55,481 nucleotides of DNA from an uncultured Rikenellaceae bacterium (GTDB lineage: Bacteria > Bacteroidota > Bacteroidia > Bacteroidales > VadinHA17), in contig CAZKTX010000001.1 in NCBI GenBank assembly GCA_964555805.1, forward strand, positions 1 through 55,481, read 5' to 3'. Position numbers and translations under genes: made by a program. Positions 35,469 through 45,236 of this stretch are shown piece after piece. The notes beneath the pieces are model-generated. The model did not search any database, was not told the origin of the DNA, and saw only the letters and a list, made by a program, of their open reading frames with translations. Positions within the stretch are counted from its first letter, which is position 1. Each line of letters begins with the position of its first letter.

Positions 35469-37472
35469 ATGAAGAAAATCACCTGCTTATTGATTTCTGG
35501 TCTTTCAGTAATCCTTTTACTCTTTTCCTGCTCAGGAGTGAAAAAGCCGGAGCAAACCCTTCTTGGCAACCGATCAGTCCCGATAATCAGGAAGAGCGGA
35601 CTTGAGTTCAAGGACCATAACAAGAATGGAAAACTTGACCTTTACGAAGACTGGAGGCTTACAGCGGAGGAACGTGCCGCAGATCTGGCCTCACAGATGA
35701 CTCTCGAAGAAAAAGCAGGACTGATGCACATCGCTTCGGAACGCCGGCTCAGTCGCGGCGGTCCCTTTGGAAACGTCGAACCCGACCCTGCTGCCGATGC
35801 CGTTAAGATAATTCCGGAGGATCCCTTTCCAGCATCAATTGACTTTATCAAGAACCGCCATCTGCATTTTCTGATCCTGCGAGACAATATTCCTGCTTTC
35901 CAGATTGCATCGCGTAACAACAAATATCAGGAGCTGGCTGAACAGACGCGCCTGGGCATTCCAATCGTTTTCACTTCGAATCCGAGAAATCATGCCGGTA
36001 ACATTGAATTTGGAATTACGGAGGCCAGCGGTCAGTTCTCACTCTGGCCCGGTCAGCTTGGCCTTGCTGCCGCCAATGATTCTTCACTGATAAGGAAGTT
36101 TGCTGAAATAGCCCGGAAGGAATGGAGAGCATCCGGTATCAGGAAGATATACGGCTATCAGGTCGAAGTAGCCACTGAACCCAGATGGCGGCGGATAAGC
36201 GGCACCTTCGGCGAAAGCCCTGACCTGAATGCCAGATATACTTTTGCGCTGGTTCGCGGATTTCAGGGCAAGGTTATAAACAGTGAATCTGTTGTTCATA
36301 CAATAAAGCATTTCCCCGGCGACGGCCCCGTTTACCTTGGTCTCGACCCTCATTTTGCTGAAGGGCAGTGGGCAGTTTATCCGACAGAAGGCAGTCTTTT
36401 CAAATATCACCTGCCCCCGTTTCAGGCTGCGTTCGATGCCGGTGTCAGTTCGCTCATGAGCTATTACAACCGTCCCCACAACGATCTGTCAGTGCCTCAG
36501 TACAAAGGCATGCTGTTTGAGTCGGTTGCCGGAGCTTACAACAAGGGTATAATAAGTGATCTTGCCAGGGAAATGGGATTTCTGGGCTATGTGAACACCG
36601 ACAGCGGGATACTTAGCAACACTGCCTGGGGAGTATCAGACCTGTCACTGGAAGAACGCTATGCCAAGGCAGTAAAAGCAGGATCTGCAATATTTTCCGA
36701 CTACAATGATCCCACCGGTCTTATAAATGCTGTTAAAACGGGATTGCTGACGGATGAAGATCTTAATCCGGCAGTAAGGGCATTGCTGAAAGAAATTTTT
36801 GCTCTTGGCCTGTTTGAGAATCCATATGTTGATCCGGATGAAGCACAAAGAATTGCCGAAGATCCTGCCTCGCAGGCCCTGGCTGATGAAGCTCACAGGA
36901 AATCGGTTGTATTGCTCCGTAATTCAGGCATCCTGCCTCTTGCAGGAAACAAGAAAGTGTATATTGAAGTCTTCAACGGTAATTCAAGCGAAGCCACAAC
37001 CAAAGCTGTGAAAGAAATGGCTGGTAAGTCGATGCAGGTTGTCGACAAACTTTCGGAAGCTGACGCTGCTCTTGTCTGGGTGATGCCATCAACCTACCAG
37101 ATATCCGCAGAGAAGGGCGTATCAATCACCCTTAACAATGACACCGGAATTGATGTTGCAAAAGTCAAATCGATAGAAGCTAAGGTACCTACGGTTCTTG
37201 TAATCAACCTGGTCAATCCATGGGTAATAAATGAAATCGAGCCAAAGGCCGCAGCTGTCCTTGCCACTTTCGGCCTTAAGGGCGAAGCTCTCATTGATGT
37301 ATTGTACGGACGGTTTAATCCGACCGGAAAACTGCCTTTGACAATTCCAAGGGATCAGCAGGCAGTTGAAAAAAACGCATCCGATGTACCAGGCTATGAT
37401 GAAAATTTTGATTATACTTACACAAATGCCGATGGCAACAAATATGTATTTGGCTTTGGATTAAGCTATTAG
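35469..37472 (+). CDS. Glycoside hydrolase family 3 (beta-glucosidase/beta-hexosaminidase-like), lipoprotein
   Basis: Lipobox LLLFSCSG, KHFPGDG, and a nucleophile region GFLGYVNTDSG. Confidence 0.85.
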   Translation: MKKITCLLISGLSVILLLFSCSGVKKPEQTLLGNRSVPIIRKSGLEFKDHNKNGKLDLYEDWRLTAEERAADLASQMTLEEKAGLMHIASERRLSRGGPFGNVEPDPAADAVKIIPEDPFPASIDFIKNRHLHFLILRDNIPAFQIASRNNKYQELAEQTRLGIPIVFTSNPRNHAGNIEFGITEASGQFSLWPGQLGLAAANDSSLIRKFAEIARKEWRASGIRKIYGYQVEVATEPRWRRISGTFGESPDLNARYTFALVRGFQGKVINSESVVHTIKHFPGDGPVYLGLDPHFAEGQWAVYPTEGSLFKYHLPPFQAAFDAGVSSLMSYYNRPHNDLSVPQYKGMLFESVAGAYNKGIISDLAREMGFLGYVNTDSGILSNTAWGVSDLSLEERYAKAVKAGSAIFSDYNDPTGLINAVKTGLLTDEDLNPAVRALLKEIFALGLFENPYVDPDEAQRIAEDPASQALADEAHRKSVVLLRNSGILPLAGNKKVYIEVFNGNSSEATTKAVKEMAGKSMQVVDKLSEADAALVWVMPSTYQISAEKGVSITLNNDTGIDVAKVKSIEAKVPTVLVINLVNPWVINEIEPKAAAVLATFGLKGEALIDVLYGRFNPTGKLPLTIPRDQQAVEKNASDVPGYDENFDYTYTNADGNKYVFGFGLSY

Positions 37473-37500
37473 GATAATTCTGCCGGAATATATAATATTT

Positions 37501-37881
37501 ATGAGAATCAAGAAGAAACTTATCGTACCGCTTCTGATAATTACACTGCAGGTAATCTCATTCCAATCCTGCGTTAACAATAATGAAGAGGACCTTTACG
37601 GCATAAAACCATGTGATACGACAGATGTTACCTGGGAATCGCCTGTAAGGGAAATACTCCAACAGTATTGTGTGATGTGTCACGGACCATCATATGCGGC
37701 AAAAGGAGTCAGGCATGACAGCTACGAATCTGAAAAAATCGTCATAAACGACGGAAGACTCAGAGGTGTGATAAACCACTTGCCGGGTTACTCCAAAATG
37801 CCAAAGGACAGGGGAAAATTACCGGAATGTGAACTGAATATCCTGAATACATGGCTCGATAACGGTGCACCCGAATTCTGA
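37501..37881 (+). CDS. Small lipoprotein with a single CxxCH haem-binding motif (Haem_bd-like)
   Basis: Lipobox ISFQSC, and CVMCHG at about residue 57. Confidence 0.6.
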   Translation: MRIKKKLIVPLLIITLQVISFQSCVNNNEEDLYGIKPCDTTDVTWESPVREILQQYCVMCHGPSYAAKGVRHDSYESEKIVINDGRLRGVINHLPGYSKMPKDRGKLPECELNILNTWLDNGAPEF

Positions 37882-37886
37882 AAAAC

Positions 37887-38822
37887 ATGAAAAAAATCCT
37901 TAATACAAAATTCAGACTTTTGCTGATCGCCATCATTACGATGTTTGCCTGCCCTGTCAACTATAGTCAGGACCTCGATGAACTTCTCAGCAAAGTAGAT
38001 TCTGATGGCAGCCCCGAGCTGGTTTACGGTATCTTCAAGGGCACCACAATAATTAACGGACAGTCTGTCGAGATTGCCGGGAATAACGACCTTCGTTTTC
38101 TTGTTTCACACCGTTTTGGAGATGTCAGCAGAGGTTTGTATGACTTTTTCGGACTCGATCAGGGCACTACCCGCCTGGGTTTTGAGTACGGCATCAAGAA
38201 TCACATGTCATTCATTATAGGTCGAAGCAGTTATGAGAAAACCTATGACGGAGGTATGAAGATTAAAATACTCAATCAGCAAAAAGGAGCAAGGAACATA
38301 CCTTTTGCCGTCACTGTTTACACTGCTGTATTCGTGAACACAATGCGATGGGAAGATCCGGAACGGGAAAACCTTTTCGCCTCGAGATTTTCCTATTCAA
38401 CCCAGCTCCTTGCCGCACGGAAATTCAATAAAAAGCTTTCACTTCAGATCAGCCCCTCATTTGTCCATTACAATCTTGTGAAGTCAACTGACGATCAGAA
38501 CAACATCTTTTCTCTTGGACTGGGAGGAAGATATAAGCTGGGATCAAGGTTCTCAGTTAACGGAGAATACTTTTACCTTTTTCCCGGAAAAACTTCTGAT
38601 GAGTACTCAAATTCATTATCGCTGGGGGTTGATATCGAAACCGGAGGACATGTATTCCAGCTTCATTGTACAAATTCCCAGCTTATGTTTGCTCCTGGTT
38701 ATATTACCCGTTCTGACGGAAAATGGTCCGATGGAAACGTTTTTTTCGGATTTAACATCTACAGGAACTTTTCATTTGGCAGGAAGTTTGAGAGTGATTC
38801 TGAAATCTCTTTCACACAATGA
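37887..38822 (+). CDS. Predicted outer-membrane beta-barrel protein (DUF5777-like, from memory)
   Basis: Signal peptide, alternating amphipathic strands, aromatic-rich C-terminal strand FGFNIYRNFSF. Overlaps the downstream YceI gene by 4 nt. Confidence 0.5.
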   Translation: MKKILNTKFRLLLIAIITMFACPVNYSQDLDELLSKVDSDGSPELVYGIFKGTTIINGQSVEIAGNNDLRFLVSHRFGDVSRGLYDFFGLDQGTTRLGFEYGIKNHMSFIIGRSSYEKTYDGGMKIKILNQQKGARNIPFAVTVYTAVFVNTMRWEDPERENLFASRFSYSTQLLAARKFNKKLSLQISPSFVHYNLVKSTDDQNNIFSLGLGGRYKLGSRFSVNGEYFYLFPGKTSDEYSNSLSLGVDIETGGHVFQLHCTNSQLMFAPGYITRSDGKWSDGNVFFGFNIYRNFSFGRKFESDSEISFTQ

Positions 38823-39379
38823 GTAAAATAATATTCATATTCTTTTTTGTTATAAATCCTGCTTATGCTTTGTCTCAGAATCAGGATGGTATATTTGTAT
38901 GTAATAACGGAAGGATAGACTTTGTTTCCGATGCGCCTCTTGAACTCATCAAGGCTTCAAATAATAAGCTGTCAGGTGTTCTCAACATAAAAGACCGGGC
39001 ATTTTCATTCACAGTTCCGGTAAGGGCTTTTGATGGCTTCAACAGCAGCCTTCAGAGGGTCCATTTCAATGAGGATTACATGGAGACGGAATTACACCCT
39101 AATTCAACCTTCAAGGGAAAAATAATTGAAGAGGTCGATCTGACGGTTCCCGGACAGTATAAGGTGCGGGCTAAGGGAAAGCTTAGTATTCACGGCATCG
39201 AAATTGACCGGATAATAAGATGTGATCTTGATGTAAAATCAGACCTTATAAATGCTGAAGCTGCATTTACTGTTTTTGTTGCTGATCATAATATATCAAT
39301 TCCTTCAATACTAAATCAGAAAATCGCCACAGAGATTAAGGTCAATGTTAAACTTACACTAATACAATCAGAAAGGTAA
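38819..39379 (+). CDS. YceI-like (polyisoprenoid-binding lipocalin-like) periplasmic protein
   Basis: Signal peptide, then FVSDAPLELIKASNNKLSGVL...FSFTVPVRAFDGFNSSLQRVHFNEDYMETELHPNSTFKG, a typical YceI pattern. Confidence 0.75.
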   Translation: MSKIIFIFFFVINPAYALSQNQDGIFVCNNGRIDFVSDAPLELIKASNNKLSGVLNIKDRAFSFTVPVRAFDGFNSSLQRVHFNEDYMETELHPNSTFKGKIIEEVDLTVPGQYKVRAKGKLSIHGIEIDRIIRCDLDVKSDLINAEAAFTVFVADHNISIPSILNQKIATEIKVNVKLTLIQSER

Positions 39380-39393
39380 ACACAGCAGTGCGG

Positions 39394-42300
39394 ATGAAAA
39401 AGGGAATTCTTCCCATATTGTTGTTTTCAATCCTGCTGATGACAGTTCAGGCTAATGCCCAGTCTCCATTTCTGAAACACTATGACCTGTTTAAGGGAAG
39501 GGAGGATTATGTTGTGAATCTGGTTTACCAGGATTACAGGGGCTGGATATGGTTTGGGACCGACAGAGGCCTGTTCCGGTTCGACGGTGTGAACAACGTC
39601 CTTTTTACTACAGCGGACAGTCTGGCAAACAACAATATTACTGCCCTTCATCTCAAGCCTGATGGGATTCTGTGGATCGGTCACAGGAACGGGGAAATAA
39701 CGTTGTACGATGGTCAGACTTTTCACCCATTCAAACCCGAAGAGGGTCTTGGCCAGATAACAGTTTCCGATATATTATCTGATACTGATGGCGTGATCTG
39801 GTTCTCGACCCTTGGAGAAGGTGTCTACAGGTGGGATGGTAAACATCTTTCAAACCTGAATACGGATGATGGAATCTCAGATAACTTTGTCTATGATATC
39901 GAACTTGACAGCAAAGGAGTGCTTTGGTTCGCATCCGACAACGGTATTACAAAATTCTCCGGCAGCAGCCTTGAAGTATTATCAATGAAGGACGGCCTTT
40001 CAGATAATATAGTCAGGGTTGTCAAGGCTGACCCCGGCGGCCAGCTATGGATAGGAACCGATGAGAAAGGCATTTCTGTCTATAATAGTGAGACCGGTTC
40101 TTTTTTTAATATCGGTGGATGGGAATACAGCGCTGTAACAGGATTGATAATAAACAGGGAGAATGAAGTGTGGATCGGAACTGAAAGCGATGGAATAATA
40201 CAGCTGCAGCTTGGCGACCTTAGTTTTAACTACCGGGCTGTCAGGACTGCTTCGGGCGGGGAATCAGCAAAAATCAATTCCGTAATTATGGATTTTGAGG
40301 AAAATATCTGGATAGGAGGGAGAAGATTTGTCACTCAGGTTCTGCCACCGATATTTGAATTCCTTAATTCTACTGACGGAACACCTTTTGAAATCAGTTA
40401 CAGCATCGTTGTTGATAATGATAAGAATCTCTGGGTATGCAGCGAAAAGGGACTTTTCAGAGGCCGGCCAGGCCCTTCAGGAACTGTTTCCTGGGAAAAT
40501 ATCGGCAAAAGGATCAATGCAGCCAATATGAATTTTATCTCACTTTATGTTGACAAGGATGAGGAGGTATGGGCCGGAACATACGGCCAGGGGGTCTTCA
40601 GAATTAACCCCGGCAATCTCTCGTATAAATTATATTCCAGTCAGAATGGTCTGAGGGATAACAATGTTATTTCAATTTCCGGCCGCGACAGCCTGGTCTG
40701 GTTTTCAACCCTGGGGGGAGGCGTCACATGCTTTAATACACATAATGAGCACTTTACAAATTACAACCAGCCTGAACTCGTGAATTCCTATATTTATGAG
40801 ACAGCAACTGATAAATCAGGCAGAACATGGATTGCCGGGTCAACAAAATCGCCCCTGTATCTTTATAAAGACAGCCTGTACAGGATAAACTATTCAGGGC
40901 AGCAAATTCAGCAGTTCTATAGTGTTGCAATTGATACATCGGGAAATCCATGGTTCAATGCAGGTGAAAAAGGGCTGTTGAGAATTGAGGGCGATTCTGC
41001 AATATTCTTCGACAGGAATGATGATCTGCTTACCGGTAAGATCCAGTCGATTGAATTCGACATCAGGAATAACCTTCTTGTTGTCTCTAACAGCGGCTTA
41101 CTCTTTTATAAACCCGGATCAGGAATTATTCTTGAATTCGGAGAAGATTCATGGCTATCTTATCAATATCCAGGGTTGAATTCATCATTTACAGACCAGG
41201 ACGGCAGAATCTGGATCGGTACTGAAACAGGGATAATTAAATATAATCCCGATTATCTCGATTTCACAGGAAGAAATCCCAGAGTTTTTCTTTCACTTAA
41301 AAATCTATTCTATGATCCCATCGATCAGGCAAGAAAGAAGTTCAGACACGGGGAGAATAATTTCACTTTTGGGTATACAGGGATTTGGTTCAGCAATCCT
41401 GAAGGCCTTAAATACAGGTACATGCTTGAGGGAAATGATCCTGACTGGACTTACTCAGACCGCAACAAGACACTTACTTACTCAAACCTGCCACCCGGAG
41501 ATTATTCCTTTATTGCCGAGGTTAGCCTCGACAAGAGGAACTGGCTCAGGTCTCCTGATTCTTTGTTTTCTTTTACAATAACACCTCCATTCTGGAGAAG
41601 GATATGGTTCCTTGCCGGGGCTGCAATTCTGTTTTTCCTGACTATCTGGTTGTATATCAGGTTTCGCATAAAGTCACTGAAAAGGGAAAAGAAAATCCTT
41701 GAGGAGGAAGTATTGAAAAGAACAATTGAAATCAGAAAACAAAACACCACCCTTGAAGAACAGAAAGAAGAGATCCAGTCAAGTATCCATTATGCACAAA
41801 GAATTCAATCAGCCGTTCTGCCGTCAAAGAGAAGGATGGATGCACTTCTGAAGGAGTATTTTATACTATATAAGCCTTGTGAGATTGTAAGCGGGGATTT
41901 CTATTGGGTGTCCGGAATTAACACCCATGTATTCTTTGCAGCTGTTGATTGTACCGGACATGGTGTTCCGGGATCATTCATGAGTATGCTTGGCCTTGGC
42001 GCCCTGAATGATATACTTAAATCACTGAACCAGGTAAAAGCTTCAGCCGTCCTCGATCAGTTAAACGAAAGAATCCGTGAGGCCCTGCATCAGGGTAATG
42101 ACAAGGACACAGAGGCCAGGGAGGGTATGGATATTTCACTTTGCATTCTGGATACAGCTTCAAATGTTATTCAGTTTTCCGGGGCCAATAACCCTGTATA
42201 TGTGATTCACGACAATGCCCTGAGTGAGTATCCGGCAGACCGGATTGAAATTGGCAGCTATTCTTCTGAAAAGCAAAAATTTACTAATCATGAGATCGTT

Positions 42301-42543
42301 TGCAGCGATGGCGATGTTGTTTACTTATTTACTGATGGATTCACTGATCAGGTTGGTGGCAGGGACAGAAAGAAATATAAGTCGCAAAAGTTCAGGGAGT
42401 TCTTATTGTCTGTTCACAGGAAAAGCCTTGAAGAGCAGAAACTCTTGCTTGAGAATGAAATTGAGACCTGGAAAGGCCCCTATGAACAGATTGATGATAT
42501 CCTTGTAATGGGGATAAGGATTTCAAAGCCCGGGGAACGCTGA
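39394..42543 (+). CDS. Periplasmic two-component-regulator-propeller/Y_Y_Y sensor fused through one TM helix to a PP2C (SpoIIE-type) phosphatase; SiaA-like
   Basis: Signal peptide and many WIGT/WFGT propeller repeats. Y_Y_Y segment YRYMLEGNDPDWTYSDRNKTLTYSNLPPGDYSF. TM helix IWFLAGAAILFFLTIWLYIRF. PP2C motifs SGDFYW, DCTGHGVPG, DGFTDQ and DDILVMG. ATG 39394 is preferred over GTG 39388. Confidence 0.85.
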   Translation: MKKGILPILLFSILLMTVQANAQSPFLKHYDLFKGREDYVVNLVYQDYRGWIWFGTDRGLFRFDGVNNVLFTTADSLANNNITALHLKPDGILWIGHRNGEITLYDGQTFHPFKPEEGLGQITVSDILSDTDGVIWFSTLGEGVYRWDGKHLSNLNTDDGISDNFVYDIELDSKGVLWFASDNGITKFSGSSLEVLSMKDGLSDNIVRVVKADPGGQLWIGTDEKGISVYNSETGSFFNIGGWEYSAVTGLIINRENEVWIGTESDGIIQLQLGDLSFNYRAVRTASGGESAKINSVIMDFEENIWIGGRRFVTQVLPPIFEFLNSTDGTPFEISYSIVVDNDKNLWVCSEKGLFRGRPGPSGTVSWENIGKRINAANMNFISLYVDKDEEVWAGTYGQGVFRINPGNLSYKLYSSQNGLRDNNVISISGRDSLVWFSTLGGGVTCFNTHNEHFTNYNQPELVNSYIYETATDKSGRTWIAGSTKSPLYLYKDSLYRINYSGQQIQQFYSVAIDTSGNPWFNAGEKGLLRIEGDSAIFFDRNDDLLTGKIQSIEFDIRNNLLVVSNSGLLFYKPGSGIILEFGEDSWLSYQYPGLNSSFTDQDGRIWIGTETGIIKYNPDYLDFTGRNPRVFLSLKNLFYDPIDQARKKFRHGENNFTFGYTGIWFSNPEGLKYRYMLEGNDPDWTYSDRNKTLTYSNLPPGDYSFIAEVSLDKRNWLRSPDSLFSFTITPPFWRRIWFLAGAAILFFLTIWLYIRFRIKSLKREKKILEEEVLKRTIEIRKQNTTLEEQKEEIQSSIHYAQRIQSAVLPSKRRMDALLKEYFILYKPCEIVSGDFYWVSGINTHVFFAAVDCTGHGVPGSFMSMLGLGALNDILKSLNQVKASAVLDQLNERIREALHQGNDKDTEAREGMDISLCILDTASNVIQFSGANNPVYVIHDNALSEYPADRIEIGSYSSEKQKFTNHEIVCSDGDVVYLFTDGFTDQVGGRDRKKYKSQKFREFLLSVHRKSLEEQKLLLENEIETWKGPYEQIDDILVMGIRISKPGER

Positions 42544-42565
42544 ATATAAAGTGACTCCTCTGAGT

Positions 42566-42982
42566 CTATAAATCATCTTTATTTTCCGGATCCTTCCTGA
42601 CAAATTCAAAAGGCATTCTGGCCATGCGTTCCATTTCTTTTCCAACTTCAAACATATCCGGATCATCTGATTCATAATGCCACCTTATCTTAACTTCCTC
42701 ATTTTCTGATCTCACCGCCGAAACGAGTTTGCAGAAATCAAGCAGATATTTGGCAGAAGAGGAATTGAAGTAATTTAAATCAAGATTAAACTCAACAGTT
42801 CCTCTTTTCTGCGGGGATTGCGATCTGTAATTGGAGAACTCCTTGATCCAACTTATAACCTGATCATAAAACACTGGTACATTGGGTGGTCTTGATTCTC
42901 CCGAAATCTCAAATATATTATTATCGGGATCAAAATGTACCTTTGGAGAATTCGCAGTACTCTCTATTATTAGTTTCTTCAT
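42566..42982 (-). CDS. DUF1987 / SiaC-family regulatory phosphoprotein
   Basis: SPKVHFDPDNNIFEISGESRPPNVPVFYDQVISWI...NLDLNYFNSSSAKYLL...IRWHYESDDPDM matches the SiaC pattern as I recall it. Confidence 0.8.
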   Translation of the reverse strand: MKKLIIESTANSPKVHFDPDNNIFEISGESRPPNVPVFYDQVISWIKEFSNYRSQSPQKRGTVEFNLDLNYFNSSSAKYLLDFCKLVSAVRSENEEVKIRWHYESDDPDMFEVGKEMERMARMPFEFVRKDPENKDDL

Positions 42983-43515
42983 TGCAAATAGTTATCGACC
43001 TTAATTGTAATTTCCAGATAAGCAAATCCTTCTTCAAGCTTTCGCATGGTATAGGTTATCTCATAGCCCGATTTCATTTTGATAAGTATAAGCCCGAGGC
43101 CAGCTCCGGTTGCATCCTTTTTGGATTCCTCGTTGATCCTTCTTTCGAATAAGTCTTTCAACGCACTCTCTCGTAAATTATTGACCTCTTCAATCTTGAG
43201 AATTATTCTTTCTGCATCATCCCGCCTGACCGAATTACCGGCCTTTATGAAAATTCTGCCTTCTGCTTTTTCTATTGAGATCGACGGTTCTCCCTGATGT
43301 TTGGCCGTAGTTTCGGTTTCAGAATATTTTATTATGTTTTCAAGGATCTCAACCACAATACTGTAGACTCTTTTGCCGGTAACCTTATCGAGCTCGGTAA
43401 ATTCTCCGGCCTCCATCAGCTCTTTGAGCAGGATGTTAAGTTTCTCATAATCAACAGGACCTGAATAATGCAGGAAACTGTCAGAGGAGTTAATATTACC
43501 GTTTTCTTCAGGCAT
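42979..43515 (-). CDS. SiaB-like / RsbW-like HATPase serine-threonine protein kinase
   Basis: IVVEILENIIKYSE (N-box-like) and ATGAGLGLILIKMKSG (G-box-like). 4-nt overlap with the DUF1987 gene. Confidence 0.75.
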   Translation of the reverse strand: MPEENGNINSSDSFLHYSGPVDYEKLNILLKELMEAGEFTELDKVTGKRVYSIVVEILENIIKYSETETTAKHQGEPSISIEKAEGRIFIKAGNSVRRDDAERIILKIEEVNNLRESALKDLFERRINEESKKDATGAGLGLILIKMKSGYEITYTMRKLEEGFAYLEITIKVDNYLQ

Positions 43516-43550
43516 GATTGTATTTAAAAGTAAACTTTCCGGATCACTTA

Positions 43551-43558
43551 CAAAGATA
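43551..43558 (-). promoter_or_regulatory. Candidate Bacteroidota -7 box (TATCTTTG on the minus strand) for the siaB/siaC-like pair
   Basis: CAAAGATA on the plus strand equals TAnnTTTG on the minus strand, 36 nt upstream of ATG 43515. Confidence 0.45.
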
Positions 43559-43610
43559 TTGTTATTGGTCTAACCTTTGGTTTGAAAAACGGTGGTTTTT
43601 GAGTGATGAT

Positions 43611-45014
43611 TTATTTCCCGATACAAAAATTCCTGAAAATATTACCAAGTATCTCATCCGACGTGATCTCCCCGGTGATCTCTCCAAGGTAATGAATGGC
43701 CTGGCGGATATCCAACGCAATCAGGTCTTCAGGCAGCTGTTCTACAATTCCTGCAATAACCCTTCCAAGGCTTTCAGATACATGTTTCAGTGCCTCTGAA
43801 TGCCTTATATTTGTAACTATCACATCTTCGCTCTCAATAAGGTCTGATTCTGCCAGGATGCCCAGTTTTTCCCTTAGTTCATCCAGGCCTGTATGTTCCT
43901 TTGCCGAGATGAAAATTAGCGAATCGCTTTTTCCCAGGGTTATATCCTGCCTTAGTTTGTCAGTAAAATCCTTATCTGCCGTGTCAATCTTATTTATAAC
44001 AATAACGAGTTTTTTGTCCGATCCCTTAATCATCTCTTTCACCGTGTCGGCCCTTTGGTTAATCAATGCAGCCTGATCCGACACATCATCCACAAGAAGC
44101 ACAACCGAAGCCTGCAAAATCTTCTCCTTTGTCTTCTGAATTCCAAGGCTTTCAATTACATCCGACGTTTCACGTAACCCTGCGGTATCAATGAACCTGT
44201 ACTCGATCCCGTGAATAACTATCGTATCTTCAATTACATCCCTTGTTGTTCCGGGCAGATCCGAAACAATAGCCCGTTCTTCGTTGAGAAGAGTGTTGAG
44301 AAGAGTTGATTTTCCTGAATTCGGTTTTCCGACAATTGCAACCGGAATTCCGTTCCTTATAACGTTGCCAAGGCGGAAAGAATCTGCCAGCCGGTCGGCC
44401 ATCCTCTTAACCCCGGAAACAATAGACATCAACTCTTTCCTGTCGGCAAATTCAACATCCTCTTCACCGAAGTCAAGCTCAAGCTCGATAAGTGATGCAA
44501 ACCTGAGCAGTTCATTTCTCAGGTTTTTTATCTCAGCCGAGAATCCTCCCCGCATCTGGTTGAAAGCAACCCGGTGGGCAGACCTCGTTCCGGAAGCTAT
44601 CAGATCGGCAACGGCTTCGGCCTGAGAAAGATCCATTTTACCATTTAGAAAAGCCCTTTGCGTGAATTCTCCAGGCAAGGCAGTTACCGCTCCCTCTGAG
44701 ATCAGCGATTCAAGTATCTGTGAAACGATATATGAAGAAGCATGACACGAAATTTCGACTGAATCTTCGCCGGTGTATGAATGCGGCGCCCTGAATTTAC
44801 TTACAACCACCTCGTCGATTATCTCGTTTCCTTTCCGTATTTCACCGCGCATAGACCTGTATCCCGGCTGATCCTGAAAGTTAAGGTTCCTGTCAGCAGG
44901 GGAAAAGATCCTGTCACAAATGAGAAATGTAAGTTTCCCGCTTACCCTGATCACCGATATGGCGCCTCCCCTGGCAGTTGCAGGGGCACAGATTGTCTCT
45001 TCGTTCCTTGGCAT
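43611..45014 (-). CDS. mnmE: tRNA modification GTPase MnmE
   Basis: N-terminus ICAPATARGGAISVIRVSG, G-domain GKPNSGKSTLLN, C-terminal CIGK. ATG 45014 is preferred over the track start 45089. Confidence 0.9.
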   Translation of the reverse strand: MPRNEETICAPATARGGAISVIRVSGKLTFLICDRIFSPADRNLNFQDQPGYRSMRGEIRKGNEIIDEVVVSKFRAPHSYTGEDSVEISCHASSYIVSQILESLISEGAVTALPGEFTQRAFLNGKMDLSQAEAVADLIASGTRSAHRVAFNQMRGGFSAEIKNLRNELLRFASLIELELDFGEEDVEFADRKELMSIVSGVKRMADRLADSFRLGNVIRNGIPVAIVGKPNSGKSTLLNTLLNEERAIVSDLPGTTRDVIEDTIVIHGIEYRFIDTAGLRETSDVIESLGIQKTKEKILQASVVLLVDDVSDQAALINQRADTVKEMIKGSDKKLVIVINKIDTADKDFTDKLRQDITLGKSDSLIFISAKEHTGLDELREKLGILAESDLIESEDVIVTNIRHSEALKHVSESLGRVIAGIVEQLPEDLIALDIRQAIHYLGEITGEITSDEILGNIFRNFCIGK

Positions 45015-45164
45015 TTCAGTTTGTCTGACAACCGCAAAGATAGTAAGTTGAAGCAAGGGAAGCAACAGGCTGACATCTTCCGAAGGCATTGAAGCATAAC
45101 CAATTCTTTGGATTGTTGTCCTGATTCTTTACTGACTTAGCTGGAATGAATCAATTAATTCATT

Positions 45165-45172
45165 TATATTTG
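45165..45172 (+). promoter_or_regulatory. Candidate -7 box TATATTTG upstream of sucD
   Basis: Exact TAnnTTTG match, 65 nt upstream of ATG 45237. Confidence 0.45.
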
Positions 45173-45236
45173 GATTTAATAACGGGCCAGTAAGGCTCAT
45201 CATGATAAGAGTTATTCAGTCAGATATCCGGCGATT

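Noticed and set aside
38819-39379. Functional link between the YceI (polyisoprenoid-binding) gene and the terpenoid operon
   Set aside because: It is 17 kb away, on the opposite strand and in a different operon context. YceI genes are widespread. I kept this only as a remark, not a claim.
45015-45089. 25-residue N-terminal extension of MnmE in the ORF track
   Set aside because: The conserved MnmE N-terminus (ICAPATARGGAISVIRVSG) begins right after the internal ATG at 45014. The extension is hydrophobic and has no counterpart in MnmE as I know it.
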